NCBI GenBank assembly: GCA_000002445.1
Contig: CM000208.1
Coordinates: 1,440,001-1,504,000 of the forward strand
Direction of reading: 5' to 3'
Source of the DNA: Trypanosoma brucei
Taxonomy: Eukaryota
DNA length: 64,000 bases
Part shown: positions 29,131-39,328 of the stretch, piece after piece
Layout: each line of letters opens with the position of its first letter
Position numbering within the stretch: the first letter of the stretch is position 1
Notes under the pieces: model-generated
Database searches by the model: none
Seen by the model: the letters and a program-made list of their open reading frames with translations, nothing else
Told to the model about the DNA's origin: nothing
Made by a program: the position numbers and the translations under genes

Positions 29131-31381
29131 CAGTTGTTTTAGGTTCTACACATCAAACACAACAACGCACGCAAACAAGCGCACACAGATGCATGAACAA
29201 AAGCGCAAATGTATTTATATAAGTATATAAATATATAGATATAGATATGTATGTATGTTTATTTATTTATTTATATTCGCCTGCCATTACCGGCAGTTAA
29301 CCAACGAATGAGATAAACAGGAATACATCAGAGAGGAAGAGGGAAGGGAGATGTAAGAAATAAAACACGAAATGAAAAAAAGAAAAAGAAAACAGCCACT
29401 GTGAACAACCCACAAAGGCAATCGCACCTGATTCTCTAAGATATTCGGTAAACAGCTGTATGAAATAAAAGGTATATGGAGACAAAAAAAAAGTTATTTC
29501 TTCTGCTATCAAGGTGGAAAAAAAAAACAATATGAGAATCAGCGTAAGAAAAAATGCGAGGGGCAACAATAATATCTACTACACAGAGGACATTGAAGAG
29601 GACAAACAACAACGCTAATAGCATCATCACACGAAAAGAAAGAAGAAAAGAAAACGTGATAAGAGCACCGTAACTGATTAACCCTTTACAGCATTGAGAT
29701 AGGGTCACAAATGTAATTAAAAAGTCGACATCTCTTCACTTATTAATTCCCTTTTCCCTTCCTTCACCAAAATTTTATGGAATTTCTTTACGGTTTCGGA
29801 CTCAACACCATCAGGAAAATTTGCAAACCTGAACTGCGACTTCGGGTGATGCAAACTCGTTCGTAATAACAGTAATGATAATGATGGTAGTGGAAACAGT
29901 TTCGTTTTGGTTTTAGTTCTTGTTGTTGGCGTGTCCAAAAACGGACGCCACTTTTAGGGTTGTCAATGGCTGTGTGGTGCTGTAGAAGAAAAACAAAAGA
30001 TAGGGGTAGAAAAGAACGACAAATAAAATCAAGAAAAATTAAAAAATAATAAAAATAAAATTGAAAAGTACAGGGGTAAAATATATACATAAATATAGAA
30101 ATATAGAAAAGAGAGGTATAAATAAATATATATTTCTCCATCGCCACCACTACTTAACACCTTTGCTGGAGCGCAACGCCATCGCATCGCTCCTACATAT
30201 GATCATGATGTTTTTCTCACTAAACTTTAAAGCTTCCTCCTGCTGGTATGTTGGAAAGAGGCGGGATAGGGGAAAATTTTTTTTGTATGTTATTTTAGTA
30301 CATAACTCCAAAAACGCACTATTGTCCCCTATATTTTCCTATCATTTTTTTTCACTTCTTTTTAACGAAAAAAAAAAAAAGAAAACAGACACACAACCTT
30401 CAAGAGCACCCCTACGCCTCTTCACACGCTTTCAGTTGCTATGATATTAGTGTTTTTCCTCCTCTTTTTGTTTTGTTATTTACATTCAGTCACGTTCGTC
30501 CCACACACCCTTGACTTCGCTTGGCATGGGCATGGCTGCCAACGTCACACACAAAAAAAAAAAAGAGCTGCAAACCTTCCATATATTTTTTCTTTAAAAA
30601 AAAAAATGACAGCATTCCCTTTACTTCTCTCTTTCTCTTTTTTCTTTCTCATTTTCGTTTTTCTTTCTTTCTTTTCTTGCCAACCCTCCCGTTCCCTTCT
30701 TACCTCCCTCAAGTTCATTCGTCATTCATTTCCTTCAATGTGTTTCGCAACGCACGGTCATGTGTACATAATGTTTATTTCCCCCAGTTTTTAATGACAA
30801 GAAAGCGAAAAGGGGAAGGGGGAAAAAAAGAGAAGGACTACGGGCGGGTACGTCCTCCTTTCCTCCCCTCTTTTCCATTTCACTTGCTTCTTTTAGCGTT
30901 GCTTGCTGCGTTAGGTAAAAACACAAAACGTTCGCATGGAAACGCGAGAGGGGTCCAAACCACACACGAAATAAAGTGGAGAAAAGCAAGAGATAATGTG
31001 GGCAAAGTCCCTTAACATATATTGCTCGACGCCTATTTCCGCTTATGCGTCCCGCTGTCCTGATCTGACTTTCTCGACTTTCCTCGAAACACACGCAAAA
31101 AGAAAAAAAAAAGAAAAAAAACCAACGCACTAGTATCCTCACGTCTGGATCAGCGTAGTTGCATGTGGTTTCTCCTTTTTCATTCTCCACTGCAACCCTT
31201 ACCCCTTTATTGCGATTCACAGCCCTCATGGTGGCGAAATCCTCCGCGCGTCACTCCCAATACCCCACCTTAAGAAGGAAAAAAAAATGTTTCTTCACTT
31301 GTGACTCACCATCTACACCAACAAAAAGTGAAAACGTATTTCCACGCTACAATAATGTTAGAAACAGTGCAAAAGTCAATT

Positions 31382-33262
31382 CTAGCTTTCAGTTGGCGCT
31401 TGCTCGTTGGTTGGCGCCACGCCTAGTTGGATAGAACTCTTTGCCGTCACGCTTGAATCGAGAGAGGCAGACTTTCGAGAACTGGTTATGTTTGAGCCCT
31501 TTCCCCCATCTGGTGTGACTTTTTCGACCTGGTTGAAGTCAGAAACGACTTTCGAGGTTACATCTTCGGTTGGTTTCACCTCACCATTCCCCGAAGGCAA
31601 TGTTTTCACCTTAGTGACCGCTGAGGCTTCTGTCGAACTGACCAGACCCCCTTTTTGGACGGTATGTCCTGATTTCTTCCGCCTGCTTGAAGACACACAT
31701 ATCAATTGGCCCTCCGTATAATCTTGGGTGGGAAGCAACTTATCACGGCGCCTCGTTTTAGGTGTCATTTTCTGAGACGGTGTTGCCGGCAGCGTCGACC
31801 GCCCCACTCCTCTTCGCAACGGCGTACGCGGCGATTCCTTCATGATGGCGTGTCCAATGTTCTCAGCATCCGAAAACCTCACCAACTTGCCGACGGGCCT
31901 GTCGCTTGACACATTATTAGCTTCCTCGCTTACACTCGCCTTCGAATCCACAAGAGTTGAAGGTAACTTTAACTGACGAGGCCGTGGGCGTACAGTCGTC
32001 GGTGAAGGTAAATTCTTCGCAGCAGAGGGAATATCAGCCAGAGAATTTGCAGGGGTCAGACATGATCCATCTGATGAAAGCACCTGTGATCGCGTGATAT
32101 CCGCTTTTGGGGGCTTCAACGCGCTCTTTAAATGTGAGCCGGACGACACGACTTTTCGCAGAGAGTTCCGCTCCACTGCACCCAACTTCCCGTCGAAAGC
32201 AACACCGTTCTCGCCAGGACGTAACGCCCCGCCTACGGCCGAGCACGACAAATCTTCCGATCTTGAATCATGATATGAATGTTTTTGGCAAAACTCTCCA
32301 TCCACACCATTAAGTGATGTACCCTCCTGCCCCATAGGCGCGCCATTTTCTTCCCGCATAACCTCTGCCTCCTTACTTTCACATAGTTTGGCTAATGCTG
32401 CGTCCAGTTTGAAGACAATTGTAGCTGGCACAACGTCTTCTGTCTCCGCCGCGTCACCGGATTTTGGTGCATTTCCACCCCTTGTCCTCACAGGTGACTT
32501 AAAGTAACGACCCCTTGCGGAAAATAAAGGTGCCTGGCCACCTTCGGGGCGTGGGGTCGCCATGGTGGAGATAAACGACCGCAACCCGGGCACTGCTGCA
32601 TCTTCCGTTCCATTAAGGGGCCGATCCACGAATACGCTACGGGCGCGGTGGAGCACAGGTTGTTCTGGAGGCGTAGCTTGATCCTTGGGAGTCTTTGAAA
32701 TAGCAGAAAGCTGCTGTGAATCCTGTTGAGACCTCGTAGCTGTTGATTCTTGCTCAGCACTGTCGCCATTCGTAGTTTTGCTGTGGAATCTGCCGCTGTG
32801 CAGTAGGGTGAACTGTAGTACTCGATCGTATGTCGCAAAAGTGTTAAAGGTGTCTTCGGGGGGTCGCCGCTTTCCGCCCAAAGCGCGACGCGGAGAACAT
32901 CTTCCAGGCGTAAGACACGTGGAGCTTATGTTACTCCTCTGGCGTCTCACAGCTGACGGCGTGGAAGAATTCACTGGCGACACAGTATTTCCAGTTTGCA
33001 TACGATATGACCTTATACGTGGCGAAGGGCGCACCGACGCTTGTGCTGATCGGTCAGGAAGTGAAAACTTCGATGCAGCGGGGTATGAAGAATCTGAGGA
33101 GCCACTATGTGACGGATGGAGCAAAGATCTCAGTCGCCGTTTGTGTTCTTTCAACGACAAAGACATTGGGTTATTATGTTTGTCCAAATTTCCGTTCACA
33201 GCCTGGTATGGCTGCGCGCCGGCCCCACGCGCCTGCGCACCCACAACTTTGCTCTGGAGCAT
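31382..33262 (-). CDS. Hypothetical Ser-rich protein
   Basis: 626-aa ORF, serine-rich and probably disordered, with no recognisable domain. It sits in a co-directional gene array with a typical spacer. Confidence 0.45.
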   Translation of the reverse strand: MLQSKVVGAQARGAGAQPYQAVNGNLDKHNNPMSLSLKEHKRRLRSLLHPSHSGSSDSSYPAASKFSLPDRSAQASVRPSPRIRSYRMQTGNTVSPVNSSTPSAVRRQRSNISSTCLTPGRCSPRRALGGKRRPPEDTFNTFATYDRVLQFTLLHSGRFHSKTTNGDSAEQESTATRSQQDSQQLSAISKTPKDQATPPEQPVLHRARSVFVDRPLNGTEDAAVPGLRSFISTMATPRPEGGQAPLFSARGRYFKSPVRTRGGNAPKSGDAAETEDVVPATIVFKLDAALAKLCESKEAEVMREENGAPMGQEGTSLNGVDGEFCQKHSYHDSRSEDLSCSAVGGALRPGENGVAFDGKLGAVERNSLRKVVSSGSHLKSALKPPKADITRSQVLSSDGSCLTPANSLADIPSAAKNLPSPTTVRPRPRQLKLPSTLVDSKASVSEEANNVSSDRPVGKLVRFSDAENIGHAIMKESPRTPLRRGVGRSTLPATPSQKMTPKTRRRDKLLPTQDYTEGQLICVSSSRRKKSGHTVQKGGLVSSTEASAVTKVKTLPSGNGEVKPTEDVTSKVVSDFNQVEKVTPDGGKGSNITSSRKSASLDSSVTAKSSIQLGVAPTNEQAPTES

Positions 33263-33677
33263 GCTGGGTCGAGTTGAACAACGGATTGTGTATTTAAAAT
33301 ATGATATATATATATATGTTTATATACTTGATTGACTACTTTAAGCAAGTAAAACCCCCACCTTCTCAACACGAACCCTAAAATTGCGGTGAGTACACAG
33401 TGCCGATATCCTTGAAGTATTGGTAGAACCTTACATGAAGGAAAAGTTTCAAAAAATTACAAAAATGGAAAGAAAGGGTCAAAAAAAATGACTCCGTTGC
33501 TAGGTAAATTCCTTTCACAACCGGTGCTTCGCTGTCCATTTCACTGTTTGTTCCATCATGTTTAGCACACACAGAATAGAGCGTTTTCTACGTACACTTC
33601 AGTCGAAAATAAACCGGAAATAAATACATCAATATACACTATAGTTATGCTAAAGAAAAGAGAAAAAAATGCAAATC

Positions 33678-36395
33678 TCAATGATTCTTTGACCTTCTCC
33701 CCCCGCTACCAGGAACGGGTGCATACCGATACAAGGTGTACCCGCTAGGGGTTACCTCCGCTGCACGTAATGTAATACTGGGGAGCTGGGGAATTGTGTA
33801 AGGAACGGGGCGTGTAGGCACCTTTTTAGGGTTAGGGCCTTTGACGTACAACTCTGGCCCAAGGACAACCTTCGATGTGGTGGAAACATTTACACCACTT
33901 CCCCTGTTTGCCTCTGCGTTGACAAAGTACATGATAGAGCTCGCCTCACCGTTTAATACCATCACACGAAGGTAGCGCCAACGTATAAGTGTTCGCTGCC
34001 GCCGCGACTTGGCTGTATCATCTTCACAGCGTGCAAGAGCTGCCTCCATCAACAGATACGCAGCGAGTGATGCGGCCCCTGAAATATTTTCAACCGAAGC
34101 TTGCCCAAACACCTCGAGCGGGAGACGATTGTTCTCTGGAAGCCGCCTTACCTTCATGTTGACCCTGCTAATTGCGTCTATCCTTGAGTGCTGGCTGGTA
34201 TTTTGCTTCTTCTCACGATGCTGCAAGTCGTAGCACCAGTGCTCACGCAGAGCGAAGACGTCCAGATTTTTTTCGTAAAAGAAGTCTCTTGGGATAACAG
34301 GAACATTTGGTCGAATAATTCCAAATAGCCCTCTACCTTGTCTGGGCGACTGCGCTTTCTCGACAACCTTTCCGTCACTCAGCCCCTTTGATTCGCTCGA
34401 GTCGTCATCAGTGAATACGTCCTCGTCGGATCCTCCTACAGAAGACGATTTCTGCGCCTTCCGTGATCTCGAAAACTGCTTACGCTCTTTTTTGTCCTTT
34501 TCCCGTAGCGCCAACACATTCTCAATAACCTTGTCCCTTGTGTCTTGGTAGAAATCCTCCGCCCACGAACGCACCTCCTTCTCACTACGGAGGACTGCTA
34601 CCGGATAGTTTGCATCCGGTAGGTGTTGAGGTTTATTCATTGCATTGTTGGGATGGTACAAGAGGGCGAAATGGTCCTTGCTGTCAACAACTCGGGGTGA
34701 TGGAAACGCCCTTGAGTTGTGCACATCGCTGCTTCTGCGCCTCAAATGTAACGATGTAACACTAACGTCTCTATTTTCTTCTGTACTTGGGGGCGGCATC
34801 GATCCATTCCCCCCTGTCGAGCTTGATGCTGCTTCCGTTGCTTTAGTTTCGGCATCGCTATAATCTGACCGAGAAAATTCATACGCCGACTTGCCAGAAT
34901 TTACATTATCTGTTGTCAGTACAGTCAGAGTAGAGTAAACTGACGCATTCAACAGACTGACAGAGTCAAGCGAGGCAGAATCCATCGGGTTGTCATGAAA
35001 AACCGGAGCCAGTAGGAGTGCAATGCACTCATCAAACAAGCCACCATGCATTAAAATATGTTTCTGATCACCGCCAGATTTCCGTAAAGCTGAGGAGCTG
35101 ATGCACGCATATGCATATTTCCGTTGATACACGGAAACTCCGTTGGAGGAAAATAATGCTGTAACCGATGAGGCCTTCTTATCGTTTGTTGCCCTCCGTC
35201 TCATGCGAGACGACGCCCTCTTCCCACCTTTCCCACTACGAACTTCAGCACGGTACGCCAAAAGGCTGTTAACGACTCGCTTGGGAATTACTACTGGGGT
35301 GAGTGACCAAGTCATGGTTCGAAGCTGGAGGCGAAAGACGGCACAGCCATCAAACTTTACCTTTCCGTCTCCCTCAGGTTCTCTCACAGTGCTAGCGCTC
35401 CTCAGGATAGATCGGGAGGATTGTTGACCTGTCACTGAGGTGGCGGATGAGGGTCGACGATCAAAGTGCTGATGAACCAACGCACCCTCAATCGGTGCCA
35501 TCATAATTGGGAAATAAAACTCCTGGCGCCGTTCGTCGTATATTCCACCAACGCTAATGTGTTCCTCTAAAAAGTGCTCCCAGACAAGGGGCATGCGAAA
35601 AGCTATGGGGCTGCTAGGCGAGACTGCCGTTGTCAACTCTGTCCAGAAGCAGGAGTAGATGTTCATTGCAAAGATGGAAGGCGTGTCTGCAAATCTAGGG
35701 GACCCACAGCTCTTCATCGACATGCCAACGACAATCAGTGAAATAGACTGATGATGATACACCGCATTTACCAACTGCAAGTGAAGTGGATTCACCGAAC
35801 TTGGTCCATGAATTCCTGTCCATGTGCGACTACGAATGTCAAACGAATGAGCAATATATGTGTTGTGCTTCCGCTGATGAAAACCACCTATGACGATCAT
35901 CGCTTGAGTTGGGGGGATAAATACAGCCGCATGCGAAAACACAGGCCCCGGTCCTTGTACGTGTTCGTAACTAACTTTCTCCCACCGCATACTATCTAGG
36001 TTGACAATGTAAAGTTCGTCAAACACTTCCAGCTCCCGATGTCCTCCGAAGACAAACATTTTGTTTTCTACCAAAACGGATGTGTGATTCGCTCGTCCAG
36101 TTGGCACAACACCCACACCCCGGCACTCTTTCCACTGCAGAGTCATCTTCTCATTGCAAAAAATAGAAGACGAGTATGTGCTGTTGGGACCCGTGCCACC
36201 AAAAAGAAACATGTTTGACTTATACACAACGATCGTATGACCTGTGCGTTGAAGCCAAGTTTTTGGCTCCGGAAGGGTTGCCGCTCGAAAGGCGGTTAGG
36301 TGACCACTTTCAGCCTTAGCGGCATCCGCTTCATTGGAGTGGGAACTAATGTATGATCCCCTTCTTCCTTCCCTTTCACTACCTACCCTTTGCAT
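33678..36395 (-). CDS. Kelch-repeat beta-propeller protein with long charged C-terminal extension
   Basis: 905-aa ORF. The N-terminal half has repeated Kelch signatures: GHTIVVYKSNMFLFGG, GRANHTSVLVENKMFVFGG, WEKV, HAAVFIPPTQAMIVIGGF and WTG. The C-terminal half is acidic/basic and low-complexity (KDKKERKQFSRSRKAQKSSSVGGSDEDVFTDDDSSESKG). Confidence 0.65.
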   Translation of the reverse strand: MQRVGSEREGRRGSYISSHSNEADAAKAESGHLTAFRAATLPEPKTWLQRTGHTIVVYKSNMFLFGGTGPNSTYSSSIFCNEKMTLQWKECRGVGVVPTGRANHTSVLVENKMFVFGGHRELEVFDELYIVNLDSMRWEKVSYEHVQGPGPVFSHAAVFIPPTQAMIVIGGFHQRKHNTYIAHSFDIRSRTWTGIHGPSSVNPLHLQLVNAVYHHQSISLIVVGMSMKSCGSPRFADTPSIFAMNIYSCFWTELTTAVSPSSPIAFRMPLVWEHFLEEHISVGGIYDERRQEFYFPIMMAPIEGALVHQHFDRRPSSATSVTGQQSSRSILRSASTVREPEGDGKVKFDGCAVFRLQLRTMTWSLTPVVIPKRVVNSLLAYRAEVRSGKGGKRASSRMRRRATNDKKASSVTALFSSNGVSVYQRKYAYACISSSALRKSGGDQKHILMHGGLFDECIALLLAPVFHDNPMDSASLDSVSLLNASVYSTLTVLTTDNVNSGKSAYEFSRSDYSDAETKATEAASSSTGGNGSMPPPSTEENRDVSVTSLHLRRRSSDVHNSRAFPSPRVVDSKDHFALLYHPNNAMNKPQHLPDANYPVAVLRSEKEVRSWAEDFYQDTRDKVIENVLALREKDKKERKQFSRSRKAQKSSSVGGSDEDVFTDDDSSESKGLSDGKVVEKAQSPRQGRGLFGIIRPNVPVIPRDFFYEKNLDVFALREHWCYDLQHREKKQNTSQHSRIDAISRVNMKVRRLPENNRLPLEVFGQASVENISGAASLAAYLLMEAALARCEDDTAKSRRQRTLIRWRYLRVMVLNGEASSIMYFVNAEANRGSGVNVSTTSKVVLGPELYVKGPNPKKVPTRPVPYTIPQLPSITLRAAEVTPSGYTLYRYAPVPGSGGRRSKNH

Positions 36396-36717
36396 GGTAA
36401 TACAATAAACAACACCAAATTAGTAACTATTCGCTTTTACGCTATGTACCATCACACACTCCCTGAAACAACGACAAGTGCAAGAAAAGGAAACAAAAGT
36501 GAATGCGACTGCAAGAGTTCGTGTACAGTCCAAAAGGTCGAACGAAACCAAAGCAAAATGACGACACCGTTGGATATCCAACCCAAGCACAACCACATAA
36601 CATTATTTAAAAACTTCCATCAGTCGTGAATAATTTCATCGTGCCCGAACGCTAGTCTTCGAGGAGGAGGAGGAGACCCAAATCGACAGATCTTTCATTT
36701 CCTTGATAATTTTCTGT

Positions 36718-38121
36718 TCACATAGCTACAGGGGCCTCGAACCATAGACACATTTTGAGCATGAATGTAAAGGGCAGAACTGGGGTGGAAATCGTATCGA
36801 TGCATTCGACATCCTCAGCTGTTGTCTCACTCCCGTCGGGGGCAACTTTGTTAAGCATTTTAAGAGCCCTCTCAACAAACAGCACCGAACCGGATTTGGC
36901 ACGGTGCTCAACAGCCAACTTCCTTAATGCTGGAGCGGTATCGAGCGCAACTTGAAGTTCACGATGCAAACCCACGACGTAGCGCATTTTGCTCTTTGAC
37001 ATCACTAACTCAAACAGTGCCAAGTCTTTATCACGTTGAGATAGTGGTGTCCCTGTGCTACTCATACGATTGATCAGAACATCAAGTTCTTGCGATACAG
37101 ATGCTTCTACATTACGCGTAGCAGTGCCCTTCATCTGCAATTCCATTACTTCCGGTACCTCACCACGCACAATGATGTTGCAATGCTTGAGAACATTAAA
37201 ACGCTTGTCGCTGCCATTTAAACGTAATTCACCTTCCGCTTGCAGAGCAGCATGTATGTCCTCCGGAACCACACCCAAGTCTTTCACCGTTGCCACTATA
37301 GCACGCGCAACAGCAGCCTTCTGCAACTCCCAACGCTTCCCTTCGCGCTTCAGATATGCATCCAAAATTTCCATGCGCTCTTTTTCAAGGCAATCCGCTT
37401 CGACGCTCCCTGGCTGCAGTGGATTTTCGTTGTCGTCGGCGAGAGCCATTTCGAAAGCGGACTCAAGCAGTGTCAATCGTAAAGCGTCAGGATTTTTCCA
37501 AAACGGGAGGGGCTCACTGTCCTTTACTTCCGCTGCTTCTGCCACTTTCTCTCCCAAATATGGGGCGCCTGGTGCATCATTGTGGAGTATCTCAATACTC
37601 TCCAAACGACTCTGGGAAGAAACCCCCCGAACAACATTGCTGGTTAAAAACTCAACAGTTTCCTCACCCACCACCGGCACGGGGTCATTGGGTACTTTAC
37701 TGCGTCCGCCCTCTTCGGCACATTTTTGTTCGATATCATCCAAACGAGTTGTCCTCTTCACTAACCCAGCCAGTACAGAAGCGAGGTCAGAAGCCCGTTC
37801 TGTCTCACCACTAGCGATACATATGGTTAACTCCCGATGTAAACGAAGGGCTGCCGGGTTCGTGCGGAAAACATTCGACAGAACGGTCATGGCGTCAGGT
37901 CGCTTGCGCTCCTTCCCTACAGCCTCCACGCCAATCGCGTTATTCTCTCGCATCTCCGAGAGCAGCGTAACTGAATTCCCCGTCACACGGCCCGAGGGAA
38001 TCCCCTCATGGCAGCTGCGGCGCTGGGATGTCATTGGGTTTCTGAAACGAAATGTACAATACCATGAAGAATCACTAAAGAGGGAGTTGATTATAACCTT
38101 TTTTGTACGGTAAAAAGACAT
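36718..38121 (-). CDS. Hypothetical protein (E/A/L-rich, alpha-helical)
   Basis: 467-aa ORF with no motif I can name. The true start is probably an internal Met (e.g. MTSQRRS, about 38034), because the first residues look like read-through of the 5' flank. Confidence 0.45.
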   Translation of the reverse strand: MSFYRTKKVIINSLFSDSSWYCTFRFRNPMTSQRRSCHEGIPSGRVTGNSVTLLSEMRENNAIGVEAVGKERKRPDAMTVLSNVFRTNPAALRLHRELTICIASGETERASDLASVLAGLVKRTTRLDDIEQKCAEEGGRSKVPNDPVPVVGEETVEFLTSNVVRGVSSQSRLESIEILHNDAPGAPYLGEKVAEAAEVKDSEPLPFWKNPDALRLTLLESAFEMALADDNENPLQPGSVEADCLEKERMEILDAYLKREGKRWELQKAAVARAIVATVKDLGVVPEDIHAALQAEGELRLNGSDKRFNVLKHCNIIVRGEVPEVMELQMKGTATRNVEASVSQELDVLINRMSSTGTPLSQRDKDLALFELVMSKSKMRYVVGLHRELQVALDTAPALRKLAVEHRAKSGSVLFVERALKMLNKVAPDGSETTAEDVECIDTISTPVLPFTFMLKMCLWFEAPVAM

Positions 38122-39328
38122 CCTCGACTCCTCTTTTCTCCCTCCTCCTCCCCTGTTGCTACCGTGGTGGACAGCAGCACCTCACGCATGGCAACATACG
38201 CAGTGCAAGAGTTAACGCATCAAAAAGAGAAGGAAGAGGAAATAACAGCACGATCGAGAAGTGGAGAATCAGCACGTGGAAGCAACAACTGACAATTCAC
38301 TCGATCATGTCGCCCAGCAGCACAAAAACCCGTCACGTGAGATCCAACAAAAAAATTCACTGAGCAATCCCTTTTTTTCTTAGTAATCACACCGAATATG
38401 TTCAGTGCACAAACGAATAAATAATTTATGGTATCTAGGAGGATGTTTCTTTTCTGGTATTCTTTTTTTTTCTTTCGCACTTATCCAAGGATCTATTACA
38501 GCACCACTTTAAATCTCAATCACAACCGCTCCCAACTATTCTAAGGGATCGCAGCATCAGCAGTAACAAAGCAACAGGAAAAGCGGAAGAGCAACGGCGC
38601 CGGTCAACCCCGCCACCGAGCACAACACGCACAAACACTCACACAAACAAACAAACCGTTCACTGGTACCACTACCGGCATCGGCGCTACAACTCAATGC
38701 GGTTTTGTTTTCCCCTTTTCCAGTGACTCTTCCCCCCCCTTTTTTTATTATTTCAATACCGGTGATATTAATGATCTCTAACATATAAACAAATCAAGCA
38801 CAAAAATATGGCATCCCCCATGACCACCTTGTTGCGTAACACTGCATATATATATATTTAAGTATTTATGTAAGTACTTATAAATCTGTGTCGAGGACAA
38901 GGGAACAGTTAACAACAAATAAACGAAACTAAACTACAGAAAAAAAAAAAGTGACACAACAAGTACCAATATAATGGTCAACCAAATTGACAAAGACACG
39001 ACAAAACGTGAAAGGCTGTCGCCATTTGTGTACACACGAAAGGAAAAAGTTATCACTTTCCTTCAGTTCTGTTACCCTTTTTTTTTTCACTGCACGAAGA
39101 CGTGGAATGGAGAAGGAGAGCGAAGGGACCTTTTGTTCTCTTTTGTTTTTGTTTTCTTTTTAAAATCCCCGCTTCAATTCCCCTTCTGCTCCACCCGCCA
39201 TCACAACTAATCCCAACATACACCACCACATATTCTCATCCGTATGCATTTCCAATCTATGTATCTTCTATGGTGATATAACAAGCGAGTGTTTATATCT
39301 CCACATACGAATCAACGGAAAAAAAAAC

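Noticed and set aside
37055-38113. A 352-aa ORF on the + strand, antisense to the 467-aa hypothetical gene.
   Set aside because: It is Ser/Thr/Ala-rich with no motif. This is the typical reverse-frame shadow of an E/A/L-rich gene. It lies on the non-transcribed strand of a uniformly minus-strand polycistron. Other + strand ORFs inside CDSs (e.g. 1053-1580, 13162-13722, 3423-3980) are rejected for the same reason.
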